Made by a program: the position numbers and the translations under genes. The notes below the pieces were generated by a model. It searched no databases. It worked only from the letters and a program-made list of their open reading frames with translations, and had not been told where the DNA came from. Below, in pieces: positions 1-10,460 of a stretch of 64,000 nt of DNA (within the stretch, counting starts at the first letter, position 1; each line of letters starts with the position of its first letter). Source of the stretch: Alphaproteobacteria bacterium (lineage in GTDB: Bacteria > Pseudomonadota > Alphaproteobacteria > MPNO01 > UBA830); contig OZ219790.1 of NCBI GenBank assembly GCA_964291215.2, forward strand, positions 2,336,001-2,400,000, given 5' to 3'.

Positions 1-513
1 CCGACCAAGATATCGCCGACCGGGCCGTCAAGCCAATTGCAGCCGCGGCAGTTGCGCCGGGTGGCGCTGGCATGAGCGAACATGAAGAGGCGGGGCGTCA
101 GGCGGGGCGCGCCTTCCAGCCGGACGCCGAAGTAGTCGGTCTCGGGCCGTCTGGCGGTCCACTGCGGCAGGGACCGAGGCGCGATCGGGCGGATCTGGCG
201 CATCCGGGAGAAGCTTCAGGCAGGCCGGGAGCAGAGCGGCGCCATGAAACCCGCCGCTGCCAACGCACCCGTATTGACATCCTCCGCGGGACCGGCTGTA
301 AAGGACAAGCGTGATCGACCCTGACCCGCGGCACCACAAAGCTAGGGCCGAAAGCCGAATCCAGAGCACCGGAAGAGGGTTTGCGGGACGCCGGAACATT
401 ACGGCATACGACAGGCCCCTGAGCGGTCGACGCGTTACCGTTCGACGACAGGACGACCGCGAGGCCCGGCTAAAGCCGGCGGACCGGATAGCATCGACAG
501 GAGACCAAGGAAC

Positions 514-2145
514 ATGGACCGACCCGGAAACGTTCTCTGGATCATGGCCGACCAGCTGCGCTGGGACTATCTCTCCTGCTACGGCCATCCGCATCTCCAC
601 ACACCGAACCTCGACCGTCTTGCCGAGCACGGTGTGCGGTTCACCAATGCCTATGTGCAGTCGCCATTCTGCGGCCCCTCGCGGATGTCCTCCTATACCG
701 GGCGCTACTGCCGCTCGCACGGCGCAACGTGGAACGGCTTCCCGCTGCGCGTCGGCGAGCCGACCCTCGGCGACCATCTCCGCAGGATCGGCGTCTCTCC
801 GGTGATCGTCGGCAAGACCCACATGGCCCCGGACACCGGAGGCATGGAATGGCTCGGCATAGACCCCGAGTCGGAGACCGGCGTCCAGCTGTCCGAATGC
901 GGCTTCGATCCGTTCGAGCGCGACGACGGCCTGCACCCGTACGGTTCCATATACCCCGCCCCCCACTACAACGACTTTCTCCGCGAACAAGGGGTGAATG
1001 CGACGAATCCCTGGGAAGAACGCGCCAACGCGGGCGTGGCGGAGGACGGCACGCTGCGATCGGGCTGGCTCATGAAATACGCGAACCTGCCGGCCAACGT
1101 CCCCGAAGAGCTTTCGGAAACCCCCTACATGACCGGGCGCGCGATCGACTTCATGGAGCAGGCCGGCGACGCGCCCTGGCTCTGCCACCTGTCCTATATC
1201 AAGCCGCACTGGCCCTACATCGTGCCGGCACCGTACCACGCCATGTACGGGACCGAGCACATGCTGCCCGCGGTCCGGTCCGACGGGGAGCGCGAGACCG
1301 ATCATCCGGTCTTCCGCGCCTACATCGACTCCCGGATCTGCCGCAGTGTTTCCCGCAACGATGTGCGCGAACGCATCATCCCGGCCTATATGGGCCTCGT
1401 GAAGCAGATCGATGACCAGATGGGGCGGCTGCTGTCATGGATGGAGGGGCGCGGCCTGATGGAGAACACGATGATCGTGTTCACGTCCGATCACGGCGAC
1501 TATCTGGGCGACCACTGGATGGGGGAGAAGGACCTGTTCCACGACCCGTCGGTCAAGGTCCCGCTGATCGTCTACGACCCGCGACCCGAAGCCGACGCGA
1601 CCCGCGGCCAGGTGCGCGACGAACTGGTCGAATGCATCGACCTGGCGCCGACCTTCCTCAACTACTTCGGAGGCCCCGAACTGCCGCACATCATGGAAGG
1701 CCGCGCCCTCGACCCGCTCCTGCACGGGCCGGGCGCGCCCGAGGCATGGCGGCGCTACGCAATCTCCGAATATGACTACGCCACCCGTGAAGCGCGGCTG
1801 CTGATCGGGAATGCGCAGGAGGACGCCCGGCTGATCATGATCCGCGACATGCGCTGGAAGTATATTCACGCGGAAGGCTTCCGCCCCATGCTTTTCGATC
1901 TCGAGACCGACCCCGACGAGCTCGAGGATCTCGGCGCCAGCCGCGAACCGGAGCATGCGGAGGTCCGGGCAAGACTGCATGAGGCGATCTTTGCCTGGGC
2001 GCGGCGCCACCACAGCAGGATAGTGCTCGGGCCCGAGACGATAGAGAGCATGACGGGAAAGGAGCCGCCCGGCATACTGATCGGGTATTGGGACGAGGCC
2101 GAATTCGAGGCCGAATTCGGCAAGCCCTTCGCCGAACGGCCCTGA
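514..2145 (+). CDS. Sulfatase / phosphonate-monoester hydrolase family protein
   Basis: N-terminal NVLWIMADQLR, formylglycine motif CGPSR..YTGRY, GKTH and SDHG.LGDHW motifs; 543 aa. Confidence 0.9.
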   Translation: MDRPGNVLWIMADQLRWDYLSCYGHPHLHTPNLDRLAEHGVRFTNAYVQSPFCGPSRMSSYTGRYCRSHGATWNGFPLRVGEPTLGDHLRRIGVSPVIVGKTHMAPDTGGMEWLGIDPESETGVQLSECGFDPFERDDGLHPYGSIYPAPHYNDFLREQGVNATNPWEERANAGVAEDGTLRSGWLMKYANLPANVPEELSETPYMTGRAIDFMEQAGDAPWLCHLSYIKPHWPYIVPAPYHAMYGTEHMLPAVRSDGERETDHPVFRAYIDSRICRSVSRNDVRERIIPAYMGLVKQIDDQMGRLLSWMEGRGLMENTMIVFTSDHGDYLGDHWMGEKDLFHDPSVKVPLIVYDPRPEADATRGQVRDELVECIDLAPTFLNYFGGPELPHIMEGRALDPLLHGPGAPEAWRRYAISEYDYATREARLLIGNAQEDARLIMIRDMRWKYIHAEGFRPMLFDLETDPDELEDLGASREPEHAEVRARLHEAIFAWARRHHSRIVLGPETIESMTGKEPPGILIGYWDEAEFEAEFGKPFAERP

Positions 2146-2234
2146 CCCGGACCGCCCGGCCGCGGTTGCGTCCGGCCAAGGAAAACCTATAACTGCGGGC
2201 CTCGCAGCATCGCCTGCCCCGCCCCGGAAGTCCC

Positions 2235-3830
2235 ATGAGCGACAAGCGCGTATATCTCTATGATACGACATTGCGCGACGGTGCCCAGACCGTCGGTGTA
2301 GACTTCACCGTCGCCGACAAGGTCGCCATCGCCTGTGCGCTCGACGCGCTCGGAATAGACTATGTCGAGGGCGGCTGGCCCGGCGCCAACCCGACCGACG
2401 ACGCTTTCTTCGCCGACGCGCCGAAACTTTCCCACGCCAGGTTCGCTGCCTTCGGCATGACGCGACGACCGGGACGCTCGGTCGAGAACGACCCCGGAAT
2501 CGCCGCGCTCCTCGACGCTGCGCCTGCAGCGGTGTGCATGGTCGGCAAGACCTGGGACTACCATGTCGAGGTAGCGCTCGGCATCGATCACGACGAGAAC
2601 CGGCGGATGATCGCGGACTCGGTCGCCCACGCGGTGCGCTCGGTCGCAGAGGTGCTGTTCGACGCCGAACACTTCTTCGACGGCTACAAGGCCAACCCGG
2701 AGTTCGCGCTCGACTGCGTGACCGCGGCCCACGAGGCCGGCGCACGCTGGATCGTGCTCTGCGATACCAACGGAGGCACCCTGCCCCACGAGATCGCAGA
2801 CATCGTCGCCGCCGCGGCGCGGCGAGTGCCCAGCACCCATCTCGGCATCCACTGCCACAACGACACCGAGAACGCGGTCGCCAACTCGCTCGCCGCCGTG
2901 CACGCCGGCGCCCGCCACATCCAGGGCACGATCAACGGGCTTGGCGAGCGCTGCGGCAACGCCAACCTGACCGCGATCATCCCGAACCTGGTGCTGAAGA
3001 CGAATTTCGAGACCGGCGTGTCGCGCGACGGTCTCACCCAGCTCACGCGGGTATCGCACATGGTCGACGAACGGCTCAACCGCGAGCCCCCGCGTCAGGC
3101 CGCCTATGTCGGCCAGGCCGCCTTCGCCCACAAGGGCGGACTCCACGTATCGGCGGTCGAGAAGGATCCGGGAACCTACGAGCACATCGATCCGACGGTC
3201 GTCGGCAACCAGCGCCACATCGTCATCTCCGACCAGTCGGGTCGTTCCAACATCCTCGCCCGGTTCCGCGAGATCGGCCTCGAAATCGATCCCGACCATC
3301 CGAAGCTGTCCGGGCTTCTCGATCTGATCAAGCGGCGCGAATTTGAGGGCTACGCCTATGACGGCGCCGAGGCAAGCTTCGAGATGCTGGCGCGCCACAC
3401 CCTCGAGACGGTACCCGAGTTCTACCGGCTGCAGTCGTTCCGGGTTCTCGACGAACGCCGCTGGAACGCACGCGGCGAGCTCGTGACGATTTCCGAGGCC
3501 ACGGTCAAGGTCGATGTCGGCGACGGCCATTGCATGGCCGTCGCGGAGGGCAACGGCCCCGTCAACGCGCTCGACAACGCGCTCGGCAAGGTGCTGCTGC
3601 CCACCTATCCAGAACTCGCCGACATGCGGCTCATCGACTACAAGGTGCGCATCCTCACCCCGGCCGCCGGTACCGGCGCGGTCACGCGGGTGCTGATCGA
3701 GAGCGGCGACAACACCGGCGCACGGTGGTCCTGCGTTGGGCTCTCGACCAACATCATCGACGCATCCTACAACGCGCTGCAGGACGCGATCGCCTACAAG
3801 CTCTTCCGCGACGGGGCGCAACCGTTCTAG
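2235..3830 (+). CDS. cimA: Citramalate synthase (LeuA/CimA family)
   Basis: YDTTLRDGAQ, EGGWPGANP, FDAEHFFDGYK, HCHND, GERCGNA and C-terminal GNGPVNALD regulatory domain. Confidence 0.9.
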   Translation: MSDKRVYLYDTTLRDGAQTVGVDFTVADKVAIACALDALGIDYVEGGWPGANPTDDAFFADAPKLSHARFAAFGMTRRPGRSVENDPGIAALLDAAPAAVCMVGKTWDYHVEVALGIDHDENRRMIADSVAHAVRSVAEVLFDAEHFFDGYKANPEFALDCVTAAHEAGARWIVLCDTNGGTLPHEIADIVAAAARRVPSTHLGIHCHNDTENAVANSLAAVHAGARHIQGTINGLGERCGNANLTAIIPNLVLKTNFETGVSRDGLTQLTRVSHMVDERLNREPPRQAAYVGQAAFAHKGGLHVSAVEKDPGTYEHIDPTVVGNQRHIVISDQSGRSNILARFREIGLEIDPDHPKLSGLLDLIKRREFEGYAYDGAEASFEMLARHTLETVPEFYRLQSFRVLDERRWNARGELVTISEATVKVDVGDGHCMAVAEGNGPVNALDNALGKVLLPTYPELADMRLIDYKVRILTPAAGTGAVTRVLIESGDNTGARWSCVGLSTNIIDASYNALQDAIAYKLFRDGAQPF

Positions 3831-3848
3831 ATCCGCGCTGGAATCCGA

Positions 3849-4601
3849 TTGATGCCAGGCGCTTCCCACCCACCTGCAATTATCCTCATAGAGCCGACGC
3901 TGGGAGAGAATATCGGCGCCGCGGCCCGCGCCATGATGAATTTCGGACTGTCCGAACTCCGCCTGGTGCGGCCGAAGGGAGACTGGCCCAACCACAAGGC
4001 TCTGAACACCGCCTCCGGGGCCGAGCGCATCCTCGAGGACGCGGCGCTGTTCGACAGCACGGAAGCGGCCGTCGCCGACCTCCACCGTCTCTACGCGACC
4101 ACCGCGCGCAGACGCGATATGGAAAAGCCCGTGCTCTCGCCGCGGCGCCTGGCGGCGGCCCTTCACGACGCCGCGGCAGAAGGGGCGCGGGCCGGCATAC
4201 TCTTCGGGCGCGAGGCGAAGGGTCTCCACAACGACGATGTCGCGATCGCGGAAGCCATCATCATGGTTCCAGTCGACCCCGCGCACAGATCGCTCAATCT
4301 CGCGCAGGCGGTGCTGCTGATTGCCTACGAGTGGTTTCACGAGATCCGGGCGGGCGTGCTGCCGGAGGCGCGGAGGCGCGGCGGAAGGCCGGCGACCCGC
4401 GGCGAGCTCGAAGGTTTCTTCGGGCATCTCGAACGCGAGCTCGACGCGTGCGGCTTCCTGTTCCCGATCGAGAAGCGGCCGCGGATGGTACGGAACATCC
4501 GCAACATCTTCTCGCGGGCGGAACTGAGCGACCAGGAAGTGCGAACGCTGCGCGGGATCGTGTCCGACCTGTCGAAGCCACGACGCGACGCTCCGGAGTA
4601 A
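3849..4601 (+). CDS. trmJ: SPOUT RNA methyltransferase, TrmJ/LasT family
   Basis: ENIGAAARAMMNFG, FGREAKGL, SLNLAQAV motifs. Confidence 0.85.
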   Translation: MMPGASHPPAIILIEPTLGENIGAAARAMMNFGLSELRLVRPKGDWPNHKALNTASGAERILEDAALFDSTEAAVADLHRLYATTARRRDMEKPVLSPRRLAAALHDAAAEGARAGILFGREAKGLHNDDVAIAEAIIMVPVDPAHRSLNLAQAVLLIAYEWFHEIRAGVLPEARRRGGRPATRGELEGFFGHLERELDACGFLFPIEKRPRMVRNIRNIFSRAELSDQEVRTLRGIVSDLSKPRRDAPE

Positions 4602-4649
4602 CGCGCCAGCGGCACCGCGCGGCAGCCGCGAAACTTTTTGTCCAGGCGT

Positions 4650-4677
4650 TTGACAAACTGCGGCCGGAGCCTATATT
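4650..4677 (+). promoter_or_regulatory. Putative sigma70 promoter of rpsD
   Basis: TTGACA-N16-TATATT about 100 bp upstream of rpsD. Confidence 0.55.
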
Positions 4678-4779
4678 TCCCGCTTCCGGAACGGACAAGC
4701 CACGTTACGGTCCGGATTCCGCGCCCTGACCGGAAGCGGTCGTCCGGAAACAGCTTCGGAAATCGAGGGAGAACGGCGC

Positions 4780-5397
4780 ATGTCGAAGCGCGTGCGGTCG
4801 AAGTACAAGATTGATCGTCGACTCGGGTGCAACCTGTGGGGGCGGCCGAAGAGTCCATGGAACATGCGCGAGTACGGTCCCGGGCAGCACGGCCAGCGGC
4901 GCCGCAGCAAGATGTCCGACTTCGGGCTCCAGCTCCAGGCCAAGCAGCGTCTCAAGGGCTATTACGGCAACATCACCGAGAAGCAGTTCCGCCGCATCTA
5001 CGAGGAGGCAGTGCGCCGCCGCGGCGACACCATTGAGCTGCTCGTCGGCCTTCTCGAGCAACGCCTCGACACGGTCGTCTACCGCCTGAAGTTCGTGCCC
5101 ACCGTGTTTGCCGCGCGGCAGTTCATCAACCACGGCCACATCCGGGTCAATGACAGACGCGTCAACATCCCGTCCTACCGGGTCAAGGAAGGCGACGTGA
5201 TCGAGGTGCGCAGGCAGTCCCGGGAAATTCCAATGGTGCTGGAATCGCCGGAGCTCGCCGAACGCGATGTCCCCGAGTATCTCGAGGTCGATCACGGCCA
5301 GATGCGCGGCCGGTTCGTCCGTACGCCGTCATTCGCGGAAGTGCCCTATCCGGTCCAGATGGAACCGAATCTGGTGATCGAATACTACTCGCGCTGA
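4780..5397 (+). CDS. rpsD: 30S ribosomal protein S4
   Basis: [27 protein letters not shown], terminal IEYYSR; 205 aa. Confidence 0.98.
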   Translation: MSKRVRSKYKIDRRLGCNLWGRPKSPWNMREYGPGQHGQRRRSKMSDFGLQLQAKQRLKGYYGNITEKQFRRIYEEAVRRRGDTIELLVGLLEQRLDTVVYRLKFVPTVFAARQFINHGHIRVNDRRVNIPSYRVKEGDVIEVRRQSREIPMVLESPELAERDVPEYLEVDHGQMRGRFVRTPSFAEVPYPVQMEPNLVIEYYSR

Positions 5398-5584
5398 ACG
5401 GCGGCTGAACAGGGTTTTTCTCATCTCCGGCACATTGTTTGCTCTAGCAAGACATGCCGCGATCAAGTACGGTGTACAATCGTTGAAGCCGTTCCGCGCC
5501 GCGGACGGTCGAACCCAACCGTTCCGGCGCCACCGGACCCGAACAGGATTCCGACCCCGGACCGACAACAAGGGAGACAGGGAA

Positions 5585-6625
5585 ATGCGAATTTCGGAGG
5601 GTGCCGCAACGGTTCTGCGCACCGGATGCGCGGCGTTCGCTGCCGCGGCCGTGCTCGCCTCGGCGAACGCATATGCGGCCACCAAGGTCAGGCTGACGCT
5701 CGACTGGGTGCCGCAATCGACCCACGGCCCGTCCTTCATCGCCCAGTACGAGGGCTACTTCAAGGCCGAGGGACTCGACGTCAAGATCGACGCGGGCAAG
5801 GGGTCGGCGGACGCCGTCCGCAAGCTGGTTGCCGGCACCCACGATCTCGGGTGGGCGGACATCAATGCCATCATCCAGTACAACGCGAAGAACCCCGACA
5901 AGGCCATCAAGACCGTGATGATGCTCTACGAGCAGCCGCCGTTCTCGATCTGCGTCCTTGCCAAGTCCATGGTCAAGGATCCCAAGCAGCTGGCTGGCAA
6001 GACGCTTGGCGCCCCGGTCTTCGACGCCAGCTTCAAGCTGTTTCCGGCCTTCGCCAAGGCCATCGGGATCGACGCCAATGCGGTGAAGAAAAAGAACATG
6101 GACCCGCGCCTGCGCGAACCAATGCTACTCCGCGGCGAGGTCGATGCGATTTCGGGTCACATCTTCTCTACCGTGCTTGCGGTCAAGGCGGCTGGCTACA
6201 AGGAGTCCGACATCCGCTGCTTCCTCTACGGCAATCACGGCATGGAATCCTACGCCAACGGCATCGCGGTCTCGCCCAAGTTCCTCAAGGGGAATCCCGA
6301 CGCCGTGCGCGGCTTCATCCGCGCCACCTACAAGGCGGCCCGCGACACCGTCATGAAGCCGAAGCTGGCAATCGCGTCGGCGAAGAAGTTCGAGCCGCTG
6401 GTCGACGAGAAGGTCGAGGCCGACCGCCTGAGGCTCGGCATCGAGTGCTGCATCCTGACGCCCAACGTCAAGAAGAACGGCTACGGCGACGTTGACATGG
6501 CACGGCTGCAGAGGTCGATCGAGCAGGCAGCGCTGGCCTACGGGCTGAGCAATCCGCCCAAGGCCGAGGACATGTTCGACCGCTCGTTCCTTCCGCCCAA
6601 GGCCGAGCGTTTCATTCACAAGTAG
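5585..6625 (+). CDS. ABC transporter substrate-binding protein, NMT1/THI5/SsuA-like
   Basis: Signal peptide then LTLDW..STHGP, GYFKAEGLDV; start reset to ATG 5585 after a purine-rich RBS. Confidence 0.85.
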   Translation: MRISEGAATVLRTGCAAFAAAAVLASANAYAATKVRLTLDWVPQSTHGPSFIAQYEGYFKAEGLDVKIDAGKGSADAVRKLVAGTHDLGWADINAIIQYNAKNPDKAIKTVMMLYEQPPFSICVLAKSMVKDPKQLAGKTLGAPVFDASFKLFPAFAKAIGIDANAVKKKNMDPRLREPMLLRGEVDAISGHIFSTVLAVKAAGYKESDIRCFLYGNHGMESYANGIAVSPKFLKGNPDAVRGFIRATYKAARDTVMKPKLAIASAKKFEPLVDEKVEADRLRLGIECCILTPNVKKNGYGDVDMARLQRSIEQAALAYGLSNPPKAEDMFDRSFLPPKAERFIHK

Positions 6626-6631
6626 GACCGA

Positions 6632-6662
6632 GACCCGGGGCGCGCCCAGCGCGCTCCGGGTC
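6632..6662 (+). other. Intercistronic GC-rich hairpin after the binding-protein gene
   Basis: GACCCGGGGCGCG..CGCGCTCCGGGTC inverted repeat with no U-tract; a typical position for an mRNA-stabilising stem. Confidence 0.5.
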
Positions 6663-6670
6663 GGTCTGCC

Positions 6671-7474
6671 ATGAGTTTCATAGATATCAGCGGGATCGAC
6701 CTCGTCTACCGCAACGAGGCCGGAGATCGGGTTGAGGACGGCACCCTCGCCCTGTCGGACACGTCGCTACAGGTGGAAAAAGGCGCCTTTGTCGCTCTCG
6801 TCGGCCCCAGCGGCTGCGGCAAGTCCACCCTGCTCAAGGTCGTAGCCGGGTTGATTCGCGCCAACAAGGGCAACGTCGCCGTCGCTGGCGAAGAGGTCAC
6901 GCGGCCGCTCAAGATCGTCGGGATGGCGTTCCAGAACGCGACCCTGCTGCCGTGGCGCTCGACGCGCGACAACGTTCTCCTGCCGCTCGAGATCGTTCAA
7001 CCCCACCGCCAGCAGTTCCGGGCCGAGAAGGTCAAGTACGAGGCGCTCGCCAACGAGCTTCTCGCCACGGTGGGCCTTGAAGGATTCGGGGACCGTGCGC
7101 CGTGGCAACTCTCGGGCGGTATGCAGCAACGCGCGCAGCTCTGCCGGGCGCTCGTGCACGAACCCGACCTGTTGCTGCTCGACGAGCCGTTCGGCGCGCT
7201 CGACGCTTTCACGCGCGAGGAGCTGTGGGATGTCCTGCAGACCCTCTATCTCAAGCGCGCCTGCACGGTGATTCTCGTCACCCACGACCTCCGCGAGGCG
7301 GTTTTCCTGTCCGACATCGTCTATGTGATGAGCGCACGTCCGGGGAAGGTGATCCTTGAACGCGAAGTCGAGCTGCCACGGCCGAGAAAGCTTGACGATA
7401 TGTACGGCAGGGATGTCGTGGAACTCGTCCAGGATCTCCGCCACCACATCAACGTGGCGCGGTCGGACCAGTAG
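6671..7474 (+). CDS. ABC transporter ATP-binding protein (NitT/TauT type)
   Basis: Walker A GPSGCGKST, LSGGMQQR signature, LLLDEPF, H-loop VTHD. Confidence 0.95.
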   Translation: MSFIDISGIDLVYRNEAGDRVEDGTLALSDTSLQVEKGAFVALVGPSGCGKSTLLKVVAGLIRANKGNVAVAGEEVTRPLKIVGMAFQNATLLPWRSTRDNVLLPLEIVQPHRQQFRAEKVKYEALANELLATVGLEGFGDRAPWQLSGGMQQRAQLCRALVHEPDLLLLDEPFGALDAFTREELWDVLQTLYLKRACTVILVTHDLREAVFLSDIVYVMSARPGKVILEREVELPRPRKLDDMYGRDVVELVQDLRHHINVARSDQ

Positions 7475-7482
7475 GGAGGACG

Positions 7483-8265
7483 GTGATGAGACGACTGATG
7501 TACGAGCGCGCCTCTCCGTGGATCGTCACCGTGGTGCTGCTGATCCTGTGGGAAGCGGCGGTGCATGTATTCAACGTGTCTCGGATTGAGCTTCCATCGG
7601 CCACCGAGTCGTTCTACGCGATCTACGAGTTCCGCGTGGCGCTATGGCAGAACGCACTGACGACGCTGATCGCCACCGTGATCGGCTTTGGGATCGCGGT
7701 GGTGTTCGGCGTCGCGATGGGCATCGCCATCGGGTTGTGGCGACCGGTCTATGCCGCGCTCTATCCGCTCATGGTCGCCTTCAACTCGATACCCAAGGTC
7801 GCGATCGTGCCGATCCTCATGCTCTGGTTCGGCATCGGGCTCGCCACCTCGACGCTGACAGCCTTCATCCTCTGCTTCTTCCCGATTGTCGTGAACATGG
7901 CAGTGGCGCTGGCAACCATCGAGCCCGAGCTCAAGGATGTCCTGAGGGCGCTCGGCGCCCACGAGCGCGACATCGTCCTCAAGGTCGGCATTCCACGCTC
8001 CCTGCCCTACCTCTTCGCGGCGCTCAAGATCGCGATCACGCTGGCCTTCGTCGGCGCCGTCATTGCCGAAACCGTGGCCGGCGGCAACGGCATCGGGCAC
8101 TTGATTCTGGTCGCGAGTTCCAACTTCAACACGCCGCTGATGTTCGCAGGCCTCATCGTCATCGCCGCCATGGCTATCGGCATGTATGCGATCTTCGCCG
8201 TGATGGACAAGCGCTTCACCGGCTGGGCGACGCGCGACCTCACCTACGCCGCCGCAGGCGGATAG
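7483..8265 (+). CDS. ABC transporter permease (NitT/TauT type)
   Basis: About six hydrophobic segments, IPKVAIVP, EAA-like loop; operon context. Confidence 0.92.
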   Translation: MMRRLMYERASPWIVTVVLLILWEAAVHVFNVSRIELPSATESFYAIYEFRVALWQNALTTLIATVIGFGIAVVFGVAMGIAIGLWRPVYAALYPLMVAFNSIPKVAIVPILMLWFGIGLATSTLTAFILCFFPIVVNMAVALATIEPELKDVLRALGAHERDIVLKVGIPRSLPYLFAALKIAITLAFVGAVIAETVAGGNGIGHLILVASSNFNTPLMFAGLIVIAAMAIGMYAIFAVMDKRFTGWATRDLTYAAAGG

Positions 8266-8389
8266 GCCACTGCAGGAGGGTTCTTCAGGAGACGCCCGTG
8301 ACCTCCGCCCGCACCGTCGTCGCCCCGACCGACGCCGGCTTCGCCGCGCTCCGGACATTCCGGGGCCGGTGAGTCGGAGACACCGGGAC

Positions 8390-9637
8390 ATGGCAGACAG
8401 CACGGAACTCTTCCGCTGGCCCGAAGAGGGCGTCCGTCGGGCGCCGTTCCTCGTCTATTCCGATCCCGCCGTTTACGAGGCTGAGATGTCGCGGATCTTC
8501 CGCGGACGCATCTGGCACTATCTCGGCCTCGAGATCGAGATTCCCTCGCCCGGCGACTACCGCCTCATGGACATCGGCGACACGCCCGTCATTATGCTGC
8601 GCCGGCACGACGGCGGCATCTCCGCACTGGTCAACCGCTGCGCCCACAAGGGCACTATGCTGCTCTACGAGCCATCCGGCCATGTCGACGAGCTCATGTG
8701 CATCTACCACAACTGGCTCTACGACTTCGAAGGCAATCTGAGGAACGTGCCCTTTGCCAAGGGCATCAACGGCAAGGGGGGACTTGGGCCGGAGTTCCGA
8801 CACTGTGACCACGGGCTCGATCGGCTGCGTGTAGAGACCGTGAACGGCCTCGTGTTCGGCACCTTCAGCGCCGATGTCGAGCCTCTCCGGGATTACCTCG
8901 GCGTCGAGCTCATGGACAATTTCGAACGCGTGACGTGCCGCGAGTTCAGGGTCCTCGGCTATTACAGCCAGTATTTGGATTCGAACTGGAAGCTGTATTT
9001 CGAAAACGCTTCCGACCCCTATCACGCAACGATCCTTCACGCATGGGCGACCAGGCTGAAGCTGAACCGCTTCACCATGGAAGGCGCCATCGAGATGGGG
9101 CGCAGCGGATGGAACCATCTGAGCTGGTCGCGGATGCTGACCGACAGCGGCGGCGAGATCTACAACAGCGCCGAATTCCGCTCGGGCGCCGCCGCCCTCG
9201 ACGGATTCGGCCTGCACGATCCGTCGGTAATCGAGCAATGGGACGAGCACGGCGACGGCATCACGACGGCCATACAGACCGCCTTTCCCAACTTCGTGCT
9301 GCAGCAGATTCACAACACCATTGCGACGCGGGTTCTCATCCCGCGCGGCGTTGGGGGATCCGAACTTCTGTGGACGGTGCTCGGCTATGCCGACGACGAG
9401 GACTGGCAGATCGAAATTCGCCTCAAGCAGGGCAATCTCATCGGCCCGGCCGGCTACATCTCGATGGAGGACGGAATGGTCGGAAGTCTCGTCCAGCGGG
9501 GCGTCCGAAGAGACGGAGACAAGGCCTCGGTGATGGAGCTGGACGGCGATTCCATCGAGACCATCGTCGGTTCGCGGGCCTCGGAATGCGGCGTCCGCGG
9601 ATTCTACACCGCCTACAGGGAACTCATGGAGGTATGA
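8390..9637 (+). CDS. Rieske aromatic ring-hydroxylating oxygenase alpha subunit (salicylate-hydroxylase/NagG-like)
   Basis: Rieske CAH..CIYH motif, mononuclear Fe motif NWK..EN..DPYHATILH, GPAGYISMED. Confidence 0.9.
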   Translation: MADSTELFRWPEEGVRRAPFLVYSDPAVYEAEMSRIFRGRIWHYLGLEIEIPSPGDYRLMDIGDTPVIMLRRHDGGISALVNRCAHKGTMLLYEPSGHVDELMCIYHNWLYDFEGNLRNVPFAKGINGKGGLGPEFRHCDHGLDRLRVETVNGLVFGTFSADVEPLRDYLGVELMDNFERVTCREFRVLGYYSQYLDSNWKLYFENASDPYHATILHAWATRLKLNRFTMEGAIEMGRSGWNHLSWSRMLTDSGGEIYNSAEFRSGAAALDGFGLHDPSVIEQWDEHGDGITTAIQTAFPNFVLQQIHNTIATRVLIPRGVGGSELLWTVLGYADDEDWQIEIRLKQGNLIGPAGYISMEDGMVGSLVQRGVRRDGDKASVMELDGDSIETIVGSRASECGVRGFYTAYRELMEV

Positions 9638-10134
9638 GCGGAACCCCGCCAACCGCATTCGGCGATGCTGCACACGTGCCCCCGGAAGTGGCCGCCCTGA
9701 TGGCCGAATACGCCCATGTGATCGATGACGGCAGGTTCGAGGACTGGCCAGCCCTGTTCACGGAGAAGTGCCAATACCGGATCACCACCCGCGACAATTT
9801 CAACCGTGGGCTGCCGGCCAGCATCATCGTCTGCGACAGCCGCGGCATGCTGGAGGACCGCGTCGTTTCCATCCGCACCGCGAACGTGTTCGAGCCGCAC
9901 CGCTATCGGCATCTGGTCAGTTGCATCGGGGTCGAGGAAGCGGAACTGGACAGCTGGCGCCTGCGCTCCAACTATCTCGTGACCCGCACGATGGCGGACG
10001 GCACGATGACGGTTTTCAGCACCGGCGAATATCGCGACACGGTGGTGCGCGAAGGCCACTGTCTTCTGTTTCGGGAACGTGTTGTGATCTGCGACCACAG
10101 CGTCATCAACAATCTTGTTGCGCTGCCGCTTTGA
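9634..10134 (+). CDS. Ring-hydroxylating oxygenase beta subunit
   Basis: ATGA overlap with alpha stop; YAHVIDDGRFEDWPALF, MLEDRV, RYRHLV. Confidence 0.88.
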   Translation: MSGTPPTAFGDAAHVPPEVAALMAEYAHVIDDGRFEDWPALFTEKCQYRITTRDNFNRGLPASIIVCDSRGMLEDRVVSIRTANVFEPHRYRHLVSCIGVEEAELDSWRLRSNYLVTRTMADGTMTVFSTGEYRDTVVREGHCLLFRERVVICDHSVINNLVALPL

Positions 10135-10270
10135 CAGCAACGCCGTGTCCGGAGCGCCGCCGACTGCGGCACCGACAACACGCAGCCCGGATCGGGCCAC
10201 ATCGATGCAAGCGGAATGTTCTCCCCGTGCAACCGCTTAGGCCTAAGTCCCCGCGATAGAAAGTGCGCAC

Positions 10271-10438
10271 GATCTGACCAAGCGGCCGGTCAACCACGCC
10301 CGGCCGTCCGACGTCACCGAGGGCCATGTCGCCGACTGGACCGTCGCCCAGCTCCGCGAGCCGTCCCAGCGGATCGCCGACAGGATCGACGAACTGATGG
10401 GCGCGGCGGGAGGCGCGGCACCGGTCACGTCTCCGTAA
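10271..10438 (+). pseudogene. C-terminal remnant of a tyrosine integrase
   Basis: Translates LTKRPVNHARPSDVTEGHVADWTVAQLREPSQRIADRI*, resembling the box II tail (LVNH..DVT.GY); His at the expected catalytic Tyr; no N-terminal part. Confidence 0.55.
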
Positions 10439-10460
10439 GCGCCAGAACAGGCCATGCTTC

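Noticed and set aside
1-480. Partial gene at the left edge (minus-strand ATG near 203 running off the window)
   Set aside because: No recognisable motif; cannot be supported from this window.
2187-4427. Long antisense ORFs (also 14052-16073, 24184-26268, 27631-29541 and others)
   Set aside because: Shadow frames of real genes in high-GC DNA; no motifs.
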